Origin: Octopus bimaculoides
Taxonomy: Eukaryota
DNA length: 64,000 nt
Direction: 5' to 3'
Assembly (NCBI RefSeq): GCF_001194135.2
Contig: NC_068984.1
Coordinates: forward strand, 23,607,616 to 23,671,615
The notes below the pieces were generated by a model. It had not been told where the DNA came from. It was given only the letters and a program-made list of their open reading frames with translations, and ran no database searches. The position numbers and the translations under genes were made by a program. Below are positions 1 to 13,100 of the stretch, in pieces; the first letter of the stretch is position 1; every line of letters starts with the position of its first letter.

Positions 1-1280
1 ATTTAAACAGAAGCAAATAATGAAAATTTAATATTTTGTCAACAAAAAGAAAAAAAAGAAAAAAGTCAGTTAATTGTTTAAAATGTTCAGAAATGAAAAT
101 AATGAAAGAACTAATAAAATGGATGTAGAATTTCAAGATAGAAATGAAGATGAAATGCTTATGAAAGCAAAAGGCAGTGTTAAAAGTAAAAAGAAAAAGA
201 AAAAAAATCATAAAAGAATGTAAACTTAACCAATAATTATAGCTTCTTTAATTTGAAAGCAATTTAAGGTATAGAATATATGTATGTGTGTATATATACA
301 TATATATGTATGTGCATATAAATGTGTGTGTGTGTGTACACATACATAATGACTGTCAACTTGCAGATGAGCATGACCATCCTAAATGTTCAAGACAATG
401 GCTGTCAGCAATGCTCATGCTGGAAGTTGAAATCAAAAACAGATTGAACAACATCGCTAAGACTCTCACCTACAAAGCCAAGTAGTCAAGAAACAAGCAA
501 GATCAAGATCTCTGGGTTTGCAATGAGGTGGGAGTTATTTGGGAATTTTCTTCTTCTAGAGAGTTGTCTAAACAAAGTCTAGGGTTCTCTCACTCCAGTT
601 GAAGGATGGCAATTGACTCCGAGTTCATCTGTCCTTTGACAGGTTTTGTTTTTTGTCCTGGAGGGAGTCCAACAAAAACCACTCTTCTTACCTGGTAGGG
701 TTGCAAGTTTAAGCACTGACAATCTGACCATGCAACAGGTTGTACAAGGTTACATGTAAATACATAAGTATATGAGTGCATGTGTGTGTGTGTGTGTATA
801 GATAGACAGACATATGTATAAATGTGCATGTGTGTGTGTGTGTGTGTATAGATAGACAGACATATGTATAAATGTGCATGTGTGTGAAGAGAGAGAAATA
901 CTGAACAGAATATGATAACATTTTAGTAACACTAAACTGAGAAAGAAATAAAAATAGATGAGAAGTGTATGGAAAAAGAAATGTCAACAGATTGAAATGT
1001 GTAGAATATATAGAAATCTTAAAACTGAAACATGCAGGACAATGAATAGAGAAATGAGAGCGAAATGACACAGACAACCCCAATAATACACCACTGTAGT
1101 GATTAGGCTTTGGAGGATCCATCCTCAAGCAGCTAGAGTTAGTATACTACATGCGGACATAGACAAAATGTTTCCATCAGGGGAATAGAGAGAAAGAGAC
1201 AGACAGACTTTACAAGCAGTCACAGAATCAAAGTGAAAAAAAAAATTGTTCTTCTGATGTGAGTTGGAGTTCCTACTTAC

Positions 1281-1454
1281 TGAGACTTGTCATAAGGAGT
1301 TCTGCAAATGCAGTAGAGCTCTTCTGATGTATTCTCTCGATGCAACTTGCATTCATCGCACACGTAGGATTCTATGTCCTGAGCCTGCTCCTCAGAAACA
1401 GCTACACAGGCCCCGTGGAACCAATTGGAACACAGATCACAACCAATGTAGAAC
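1281..1454 (-). CDS. BPTF: BPTF exon 19 (PHD2 C-half plus PHD3 N-half; not in the ORF track)
   Basis: gctacAG|G TTC TAC ATT... encodes [59 protein letters not shown]|GTAAGT. 174 nt, phase 2 to 2. Confidence 0.96.
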
Positions 1455-4400
1455 CTGTAGCAAAACAGAACAACCCTTCATTTACACCAATCTTATTGCC
1501 CATCAAGGGCAGTAGGCTAGATGATAGCCAGAGAGCCAGAGAGCCAGTGGGTATATTTGTTCAAGATCTCTTGATGGTTTCAGATAGTTTGGGAAACATT
1601 AGAGTCACCAAACTGACTGAACAAGTATAGCAAAGAGAAACAGCTATGCACATCATCCAGCAGCTTTCTCAAGTAAATGGATTATGCAACCATCGCACAG
1701 GTCACAAGATCTAAATGTATCATGAAAAGATATTTGGGTATATGTATGCATGTTTGTGTGTGTGTAAGAGAGAGAGAAAAGGTTTTAAGTAACAATATCC
1801 TTCTCTCCCCTAACTATTATGCTATTATTTCACCATGCAGAAATCATGGAATATGTCAAAGCACCAGTTACTGATGGGATAAATTACTGTCTGAAATGCC
1901 CAGTCTACCCATTTCCTGCTACACAAAATGGCCACCTCCCATTCTCAATTTAGTTTACTATCTGCTTAGTATTACCACAGTCTGAATATTATCTCTCCAG
2001 TTTATTTACAGTTTAGGGCAAGGGAAATATGTAGTATTAGTATTTATTAAAACTATTAGAACTAATGAAAAAAAACATAAAATGATAAAAACCCAATGAA
2101 TTCAAAAGAAGGGAAACAATTTGTTACCATCATTCAAAACAGAATAGATTTGAATGTTACTATAAAAGAATACCTGAAAATAATTGCAACAACCAGAAAG
2201 AAACAGAAGAATAGCTACAAAGAAAGAAGCTATGCTGATGATAAATGTGTTTTAATATGGGGTAATAACACATGCAAGGATGAATAAGGAGATGATGACA
2301 ACCAATGGCAGAAGTGGAGAGAATTTTTTAAACTGCTTATCAGACAATGTTGATAATCTGAGCAAGAAAGATGCTGACACACACACATCAGCAATAATGT
2401 ATTTGACTGAGATGATGCCCTGAGAAAACTCAAACCATGAATATGAAACATGGAAAAAATAAGTCTAAAGTACCAGGTTGATAACCAACTTACCTTACAG
2501 AAAAAAAAAAAAACTTTTCAAGTACATTAAATCAAAGCATAACAAACAAATACCATTTTTATGTAACCTTTGTAAAAAGATAAAATTCTGAAAAAAAGAA
2601 GTTTTAATCTTTGTTTGCAACTGAACGCATTTCATTATGTGGCATAAATCTAACAAACCAATAACAGATTTTGTAACTTTTACAATGATTCTACTGTTTT
2701 ATGTAGATATTATCACAGATTTGTCCATTAACATCATTTGCCATAAGAAATGAAAATGGTAATGTTACATTCTGTTTTTCCAAGCACTATACTAGGCTGA
2801 ACTCAACTGGAAAGATGAGATGTGGTTTTAAAACTACTGCAGCTTTATCATTGATGAGTCACTTCTTGACCACCTTTATTTGGCAGTCCACATTCTGGAC
2901 AATTATTGATGAGGTTGATGTGGACAGTAAATTGACCAACAGATTTGATAATGACAGAAAACAAATGTAATATACCTTATCGAGTACATTTGCATTAACT
3001 TTGCTAATGTGATACATACATGGCAAATTAGTTTCACATTTGCTGGTTATACACACAAAATACATCCATGACATGTTAGATATATTCATTTTAACTTTCT
3101 TGATGTAGAGCATAAAGTATGTGTACCTCTGCCTTACCTTTGATGGAATACTCACAAACATTGAAATATAACTGCCTTACCTTTGTTTGCACATGCATAT
3201 TCATGAAGTGCTCTCTGCAATATATTCGTTGATGCGTACTTAGACACTTGTGCATTTGTTTGTGTGCACACTGAACATTAATTTTCCTTGTGTATACACA
3301 TGAAATACATCCAAGTGATAAAGAGATTAAGCTAATTTTTCTAATACCGATTTATACAAATGAGATACACTATCCCATAGAGTAAATTATAGTTCTGCAT
3401 AAACAAATACTTTCTATACAGATTTACGGGTTGGTTTAAAAGTTACCTAAAATACTGTTTCTCATGTGTATACAGCCAGTAAGAAGGCATTTAGGAAAAA
3501 AGGAAGAGGACAACAACAGAAGGCTTTACTTACTTTGAGTCGTCATATGGTGTCTTGCATATGCAGTACAATTTTTCAGCTGGATTAAAAGATTTTCCAG
3601 TTGATATAATCTTCTGCTTCTTCTTCTTAGAAACAGTAACAGCAGCAGGAGCTGTGGGTGCCGCTACTGATGCATTTACTGTATCATCTTTACGTCTGGC
3701 AGCAACTGGAGATGTTGCAGCAACTGCTGCTTTCGTAACGGTTTTCTTTTTCTGTTTCTTGATGCATTCATTTATTTCCATCTGAAAATCAAAACATAAA
3801 GCAACATTTAAGTAAAAAATAAGAGAAAACATAATTTCTAAATCATTAAACAGTAAGCAGAATGTAAAAGTTGTTCAAAATACCTGAATATCATGTTGAA
3901 GATTCTTCTCCATTAATGAACGTTTACGTAAAATCTCTTTTTTCAAGGCTTCTTTTTGTTTGAAGAGCACAGCTTGAAGCTTGGAGGCAATAACACGCTT
4001 CTGCTTCTCCTCAGCACACTCTTGTTTCTTAATCCTTTTTTGTTCTACTTTCTCCTCTCTTTCAATTTTATCAAGAATATTCTTTAGAGCTTGACTACAC
4101 ACAGAAAGGCTGCAAAACAGAATATAACAATAGATACATTAAATAGGCATTCATATATTTTTATAGTATGGGCACATTGTGTATTTTATTTCTAGCATGG
4201 GAACATTACGTTGATCCTAAAAGGGCATAGATTAACTTACTTTAGAGTCTTGCTTTTTAACTTGAAAACTAATAAACTAACATACCAGTTTTCAACTACT
4301 TTTCTTCCAGAAAAAAAACAGTAATTTTTTATTTTTTCATTTTTTAGATGTAAACTATGATTTGTAGAGAAAATTTTACTGATCAGTTTTTTTGTAAGAA

Positions 4401-7122
4401 CAAAGGGGTTATTAAGTAGTTTCTTTGTAAGTGCAAGCATAGCCATAAAATTAAGAATTTTACATTGCTGTCCCACTGTGCAAAACCTTATCTTCTACAC
4501 AGCCACAATTTGACCTGTTGAAATCGGATACACAAAAACTGTGTAGAAACCTGTCAAGTGGGCTGTACCTACAGCCGGATGGTAGAATTAACCTGCTGCT
4601 CAGTTTAACCCACCACTTGGCCCTTCAGTGTCTTTGGGTGAGCCCTCTGTTTGCAAGCATTCAGGCCAGATATCCAGCCTGAGAAGTAACTTCCTCCTTT
4701 ACCCCACCACCATTCCCTACAAAAGAATCATGGGTGCTGTTCTTCCTTGTCTGAGTAAACCACACAAAAAATTTGCTAGTGAAAGCTACACATCTGAAGA
4801 GATATCTCAGCTAGTGCTGCTATTATAATACTCACAAGAATAAAACAACAACCAATTTACAATAAGGTGGAATTAATACAGTTGATTTTAACAGGAATGT
4901 AAGGCAGCACCATTTGTGGACCCCACCCCCAATTTCAACTAGTGTGCATTTAATGAGAAGTTATTCAACAACCAAAAACATCTACTATAATACTGTTGTG
5001 TATTTCTCCATCACAGCATATGAATGAGAAAGGAAGGGGTGATGGCAAACTTAGTAGTGAGATGATGGAAGTTCTATGGTGAGAAAAGAAAAAATCAAAC
5101 AGCGTTTCAACTTTGCATGAGTATATGTGTGTGCATGTAAAAAGGAGTCATGTGAAAGTTTGTGCGTGTGTGTGCATGCAATGGAAGTGGGACAGTGAAC
5201 ATTCAACACTGAAAAGAAAAAAATCAAACAGTGTTTCAACTCTGTGTGAGCATATGTGTGTATAAGGGAAGTATGTGAATGTCTGTGATTATTTTGTACC
5301 TTATTTATATATAAAATACAACAATTAGCCGTCATTTTTGATGGCAAGGGGCCAGCTAATATAAGCAATAACTTACCGAATTTGTTCATCCTTCTGTTCT
5401 GGAGTGAGAGCTTTAGGCTTTGCTTTTGGCGTCTCTACAGCAGTAGAGACAGTATTGGTGACTATAGGGATGGTCGTACTGGTTGAGCTTGTAGCTTGCT
5501 TCAGCACCAATTGTTGAGGCAATGCACTGATGATCTTATCCTTAGATTTCCCTTGTATGGCTGCAAGAGCCTGTAAGGTAGTAATAGGTTGTGATTTCTG
5601 TGCTTGCATTTGCCGCTGATATGCCAGTAATTTCGCTTGGATCTCTGGGCTTTGATTTTGCAGCAAAGCTTGTCGAACAACTGCGATAAAAATAAACAAA
5701 ATCTTAATTTAACAGTAAAATGTTGATTTCTCTCAAACAACCTGAAAGATAATTTAATTACTTTCCTTAAGTACGAGGTCATACATTTTATAACAGGAGA
5801 GGGTGAAGTTAATTCAACTAAACTATCAACTGAACTTTGACTATGTTTAAACAAAATATATAATGTATTACAGTAAATATAAAAAGCAAGTTATGTTAGA
5901 ATACCAAACAGAATGGAAAGGACTAATGTTTTGGACAGGTTCCTTCATTTGAAATATTCTGAAGGAATATATATATTATAATATATATACATTATAATCA
6001 CTCAGCAATACTGGACTGAGTGATTATAATGTATATTAGAATTAATAGAAGCAAGATCTATCTGGTAAAAAAGAGGGTCTTGTCAATCAAATCAACTGCA
6101 GTAAATTAAACTAAGAAATAAGTGGTATATAACTAGATACTGTGATTAGGGTTAGGGTTGATATTATTTCCATAATTCATTGAGTGTAACTTATTTAATT
6201 CTTTAATAAACCATTCAAGTTCATTTAACTCTTGTTTCTATAAAGGAGGTAAATTTTGATAATGATAATGAACTTATTGTATCATTATTGTATACCATAT
6301 GAGTAACTTTTCCTCAGTGTTTTGTCATCTATTCCTCTCAAGTGAAGAGAAGTATGTGGAATAAAGTGTGCTGTTTAATGACCCAAATGCCAACAATGAA
6401 TTTGAACTCATAACCTGAGGTGTTAATCCACTCAACCATTTTAACATTTCATATGCAATACTAGAAACAGGAGAAACAGAAAGTTCCGTAACAGAAAGCA
6501 AAACATACAAAAGAATATAAAATAATTTCTTTTAACAATAAGTTAGATACCTTGTTGCACAACTTGAGGAGTAAGTGCATATTTTGTGGTTGTTGTTGCA
6601 GTGACAGCTGCAGTTGCATGAGTTACTGTGCTGGAGGTAGTTGCAGGAGCATTAGAGCCAGCAGCCAGGGCAGTGAGAGGACGGGCTGTTGTCAAAACAC
6701 TGGTGCCACCAACACTACCAGTGTTCATAATAGCAATAGGGACTGTTGTTGTACCAGGGCGACTTGTAACCACAGACACAATAGGCTTGGCAATCACACG
6801 ACTGGTTAGTGGAGAAGCTGTTAACATAGTGGTACTTGCAGGTACCACAGTGTTGACAGCTGGACGAGATACAACAGTGGTTAGTATAGTTGTAGTGCTA
6901 GTATTTTGAGTGACTTTGGAATTAGACAAGGAAACCACTGCACTAGTGGTAACTGCAGGAGCTGTTGCAGTTGGTGTTGTTACTGCAGGAGCAGTTGTTG
7001 ACGCTACCGTTGCAGCTACTGTTGAAGTTGCTACTGCTACTGTTGTTGCTGGTACAGTTGCTGTTGTTGTTGTTGAAGCTGCTACTGCTGTTGTTGTTGC
7101 TGCAGCTGCCGCAGCTGCTGCT

Positions 7123-7155
<33 letters not shown>

Positions 7156-10100
7156 GCTGAAGCAGTTGTGGCTGTTACTGTGGTTGTTATCGTTGTTGTG
7201 GTTGTTGTTGTTGTTCCAGCAACATTTGGAGTAGTGCTTGGGGCAGTTGTAGTGGCAGTAACAGTTGGTTGTGTATTTGCAGCAGGGACAACAAGCCTAG
7301 TAGGCTGAGCTGTTGCACCAGCAGCAGCAGAGGTGCTAAGTAAAACGGTCTGCTGTTGTGGCCGGATGGTCACTTGTGGACGTACTTGACCAGGTGTAGT
7401 AGTTGTAGAAACAGTAGCCACAGTAGGGGCAGTTGTAGGAAGTGTTATCAATTGCAGACGGCCGTCAGGAAGCCTTACTATTTGCTGACCTGCAATATTA
7501 AATAAACAATACAATTGGTGGAGTTGAAAAATTAATTCAGAATATAACAATAATTAACAAACAAAGTACAGACACAAAGCTATTCTCATGAAATACAAAA
7601 CTATAATTGTATCCTACCATCAGTTTTATCTCCTTGGCAAAGAAATATAATTTCGATGGTCCATCATCTAACTGCAAACAAGCACCATAGCATAATAAGC
7701 TTACCACTGAAAACAGTGATAGCACTCCATAGTTCATAAGATCAAATCCTTGCATGAGCAGAGATCTTCCTGTGAGTTTAAAAACACTAATAGGAAACCA
7801 CACAGCTATAGTTATTCATAAATCACAATGCAAACATAAATATCTTCCACAGTGAACTAATGCTCCAACGATGTATGCAGCAGTACTATTATGTGTTACT
7901 GTTTTTAATAATTTTTTTGTCTTTTAGATAACGTTTTTTTTTGTTGTTTTTTTTTGGGGTTTTTTTTGAATTTCTGAAAGAACAAATCATCATTATGTAG
8001 TCACTTGGCAGTGAAAAAACCTCTGATGGAATACAAATTCTGAAACCATTTGTTTATTTCATCAGAGAAGTTTTACTACTGAGCAAAGTCTTACATTGAT
8101 AAGACTCTCTTTCCCTATAAAGTTATATGTATTATGCCAAACATTAGAACTTCTATTTGAATCATAAAAAGTTTAGATAGAAAACTTCTTCAGTGAAGTA
8201 GTAATGTAACTTGGAAGCTACTCCAATCTCACTATCATTTTATAACAGTAAAAAAAAAAAAAAAAACTAAATAAAACACAAAACATACCAGGTAAGAGTC
8301 CTCGTACTTGAAGCTGTCCTTGAGGTCCTTGAATAATTTGTACATTCTGTACTTGACCAGGCATACCTTGAGCAATAACTTGTGGTCTTATTTGAACAGT
8401 AGCTGAAATGGTCAACATGTAAGATCATATAGTTGTTTTCTTTAACATCTTCAAAGAAAATATCAATACTAAAATCTCAGAAAATATAGATTCTGTACCA
8501 ATTTGTATTTATATATATAGGGAGAATTCATGAAAAAACAGCAGACGAAGACAGGTGGTGTAGACAACAAATGGATGTATTAGTATAACACTCGGGAATA
8601 GAGAAAGTCTTTAACGTTTCAAGCCTACACTCTTCAACAGAAAGGAACACAGAAAGAAACAAGGAGAGAAAAAAAAGAGAGAAAATATATATATATATAT
8701 ATATATATGAATGAATAGAGACAACAGAGGAAAAGAGGACTATTTAGTCCTCTCAGGGATAAAATAACCTCCTTAAGTGCTGTTGTACAATAAAATGCAC
8801 CCAGTACACTCTAACACAGTTGGTGATAGGAAAGGTAACATGATGTAGAAAATATGTTCAAAATGAAATTATGAGCAAGCCTTGATCCTCCAACTGTCTA
8901 GAAGGGCAGTAATTCAGAATAAGGATTCAGTCCATGATAATCCATGCAACTTATGCCACCAGGCAAAAGTGGTCATTAGATAACAATGATGATAACGAGT
9001 CTACATATATATATAGTAAATACAAAAAAGCAAAGAACACAAAAAAAAACAACGCGAGGACGTGGTACATGTAAAGTATTAGCAGACACTCAGGGAAAGA
9101 AAGAAAGACGGTTTAATGCTTTGAACAGAGCTCTTCTTCAGAAACAGAGGAAAGTCCAATAGAAAGGAAGTCAGAGGAAGAAAATCGCCAACGATTCACA
9201 ATCATCATCATCATAATTTACCGTCCATTATCCATGTTGGCATGGGTTGGATGGTTTGGCCAGAGCTGGCAAGCTGGGGAGCTGCACCAGACTTCAGTTC
9301 TGATTTGGCAAGGTTTCTACAGCTGGATGCCCTTCCTAACACCAACCACTTTACAAAGTGTGCTGAGTGCTTTTATGTGGCACTGCATGGGTACTTTTAT
9401 GTTGCACCACACAGGTGCTTTACACCACCAGAAGGACTGGTTTTAATACTTCTGCTTCAGAGTACATACGTACATACAAACACAGGATAAAAAAGTTAAA
9501 AATCCTTCCCAAGCCATATAAACTCATAAGGCAGGTTTCCCATATTCTGTGATGTATATACGCTCCATCACCTTCCCCTGGATGGGATGCCAGCCCATCG
9601 CAGAATTACTCACTTTTGCCAGCTGAATGGACTGGAGCAACATGAAATGAAATTTTGCTCATGAACACAATGCGCTGTCCAGTCCAAGAATCAAAACCAC
9701 AATCTTACGATCATGAGTCTAACCCCTGACCACTAAGCCACATGCCTCTACACACACACACACACACCCACATATCAAATAGTGTGTTGGTTAGACTGAT
9801 TATTACTTCACACCTTAGAGTCTCATGCAACTGACTAATGGCAAACATACATATATAACATAAAACAACGGATTATTTTGATTAAATAGGATACTTGCGA
9901 CAGTAATATATATAAAAGAGTGGTATCAACTTGAAGTAATAATAAAATGAGAAATTACCTCGAGTGGCCTGTAACTGTCCTGGAGAAATAAGCCGAGCTG
10001 TGGCTCCACTAGCTGTGGAAACCACAGTACCTGGTTTAGGTGCAAGAGTAACATTAGTTGTAGGGCGAAGTGTAATTGTGGTACCTGGTAACTGAACCTT

Positions 10101-13100
10101 CACACCTGGCCGGATGGCACTGGCAGTAGTAGCTGACAAACTGTTCGACAGAGCAGCAGCAGCTGAAATAATGAAATATTTATAGTGTAAACTTGTGTGT
10201 TTTAAATAGGTAAAAGCATGCATAAATAAGGCACAGAGAAGCTTGAAAAGTAGTGAATAAACTAAGAAGAATTGAATTCATGCAAATACTTTTATCAATT
10301 TGTTTGATGCCTGACTATTCTCTCTCTCCCATGCACTCACACACACACAATCAGTAACTTCATTATCTTAAGTAAAAGCAAGCTAACGAACAAATAAATA
10401 AACAGAACGATACATTTTTAATGTAAAAAAAAAAATCCAGAAAGCTTACCTGGGGAAGCAAGGATTGTTTTTGGTTGCACTTGAACTCTCTTTATTACAG
10501 CAGGTGTTGTTATTATAGTTGGTGTATTTGAAGATTTCTGTGCAGATGAACTGTTTACACCCAAAGCAAGTGACACCACAGAACCTCCAGAGCTGGTGGC
10601 ATTGGCCTTGCCAGCTTCCTGCAAGAGCCTTTTCTGTTGAAGATTCAAACGCTGCTGTTTGAGCTGCATTTCCATTTGAGCTTTGATTTGAGCAGCATTT
10701 TGAGGTAACCCACTGCTTGAAGGAGAACTACTTGCACCAACACTAGATTGCTGACTAGTTTTTTCTTGTAATGCTGCTCGCTGTTTTTCCAACCTGAAAA
10801 GATAATCAAAGTTTATCATTCAAATCAAAATCGGGTGTAATTATATATATTTCGAATTCTAGATCTTGTTACTACTTTGACAATTTATGTCAATTTTACT
10901 ACTTTAGTCAGAGTCATTCAATTATCATCTCTCTTGATTCAACATTACATATAATTCCTTCAAAATATTTACATAATGAAATATATAAAATATATCAAAT
11001 ATTCAAAGCAGTAAATAAATTTTATACACCAACTGAAATACTTAAAGAGCAAAAAAATCTCAAAGAGCAAAAAAATAATAATAGAGTTTTAGGACTGTGG
11101 GAAGATGAATGCACGAAACCAAACAAGTAGAAAGTTTAAATTACTTTTCTCCAAACTGCTTGATTTCCCATAATTCTAATTGTTCTTCTGGTGTCCAGGT
11201 TTCTGTAACACTTGGTTCAGTTTGTTTTGGAGACTCTGCTCGCTTACGTTCACGCAATCCACTTCGCTGGGGAGTGTATTTCTCTGAAAGAGACAAGAAA
11301 TTTTCTTGCATAAAAAAAAACCTACCTAACTGAAAAAAAAATTAACAGACTAACAAAAACAAAGGAAAAAGTTTTCCTAAATATCCAAAGATGAAATAAA
11401 GAAAGTAAATTATAATAAATCTTATCTCTTTTATTACAAGAAATCTTATCTCTTGACAGTACACTAACATAAACAGTAGTATATTGAACTAAAGGCTACA
11501 CAATCATTAAACAGTCATTCCCATTGGAATCAACTTTGTTTTGCATGCTTCCCAGGCTTAGTAAAATAAATGTCAGACATACTGGATGTGGGTTCATTCA
11601 ACCACATTATACTCCCTTAAAAATGTCTAGCCTTGTACAAATTTAAGAATTATTATTCTCCTTATATTGATTGTTGTTGTTAGTGTTATAAAATAGCAGA
11701 ACCAGTAGAGCATCAGATTATGCTTAGACTCCATTAAGATTGCCTTTCATCCATCAAAGGCTGATAAAATAAATGCTAGTTTCTCCCCAGAACTTGTAGC
11801 TGTGTACCTACATGAGAAATAAGAATTATTATATTTGCTCTCCATCCCTCCAGTGTTTATAATGTGTCTAATCAGTAAAAATAAATATTCAAACAACTCT
11901 ATTCTAAAAATTATCTGTGTGTCAAGTCAAACAGTCAGCATAATTTGAAAGAAGGTGATAAGGAACTAGAAAAAACATAGTTTCATTTAGAGGATGCCCT
12001 CACACTCCCAATGTAAATTTTGTCTTTTTATTCTTTAATGATAAACATTATTATAATAATATATAAACATTATAATAAAATATAAAAGGAGTCTCTGAAC
12101 TTGTATAAAAGTTTTATACTTAAAAACAAACAAACAAAAACACCATTATTAATGATTTCTTACACAGACAGAAGACCTCAGATTAAATAGTAGAAAGATT
12201 TTAATATTTATTTTTTTCTGCTCTAGGCACAAGGCTGAAATTTTGGGGAAGGAGGCCAGTCAATGAGACCAACTCCAGTACTCAACTGTTACTTAATTTA
12301 TCGACCCCCAAAAGGATGAAAGGCAATGTCAACCACAGCGGAATTTGAACTCAGAACGTAAAGACAGATGAAATACCATTTACCATTTTGCCTGGCATGC
12401 AAACGTTTCTACCAATTCACTGCCTTAAGATTTTAATATTTATTAAAATTCTCAGGAATTACACTATTATGATAAAATATAAAAGGAGTCTCTGAACTTG
12501 TATAAAAGTTTTATACTTAAAAACAAACAAACAAAAACCACTATTATTAATGATTTTTTACAAAGACAGAAAACCTCAGATTAAATGGTAACAAGATTAT
12601 TTTTCCCAATCAGATGTTACTGAACCATTATAAATTTTATCAAATTTTCAGTAAGTCTGACAAAGATCAAGTAAGTGTCTTGCCAAGCTGTAGCATACAT
12701 TAAACTCAAACTCTTACAGTCAATAGTTTTGCATTTTAACCTGTTACTAATAATTTATCAGTAACTCTTAAGTTAACTTTATTTCATATACTGTTATGTA
12801 CATCTATGGCAGACATGTGTCATTCTTTCAAAATATACCAGATCTATTTGATCAATGTTAATTCTCATCTTAGCTTGTTAAAAGAAAACATTATGCAACA
12901 ATGTCATAAAGTAAATCCTTTCACAGAGTCCCCAGCTCAACTGGATCAGTACTTAATTTTGCTTTTTGTACCATTAAGCCAATGAAAGACAACTCTCTCC
13001 TTGGATATATGACAGTCTATTGTAGATAATTTTTTTTCACTGAGAACTTAAACTCAGGAACAAACACATACACACACACATATATACGGCGAGCTGGCAG

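Noticed and set aside
83-223. 46-aa + strand ORF (MFRNENNERTNKMDVEFQD...KSKKKKKKNHKRM) with an NLS-like tail
   Set aside because: It lies in very A-rich sequence where Lys/Asn/Glu-rich stop-free frames arise by chance. No splice or homology support.
688-720. Strong donor CAG|GTAAGA on the sense strand in intron 19
   Set aside because: No frame upstream encodes the expected FYIGCD continuation, and the nearest acceptor gives an immediate stop. Treated as a chance site.
770-890. Short tandem duplications with (GT)n (also 5080-5280)
   Set aside because: Ordinary microsatellite-associated slippage. The ORFs here are HT/YI dinucleotide translations.
6146-6159. TTAGGGTTAGGGTT telomere-like repeat
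   Set aside because: Only two units, which is expected by chance.
6552-7308. Several + strand ORFs opposite exon 15
   Set aside because: Antisense shadows of ACN/GCN-rich low-complexity coding sequence.
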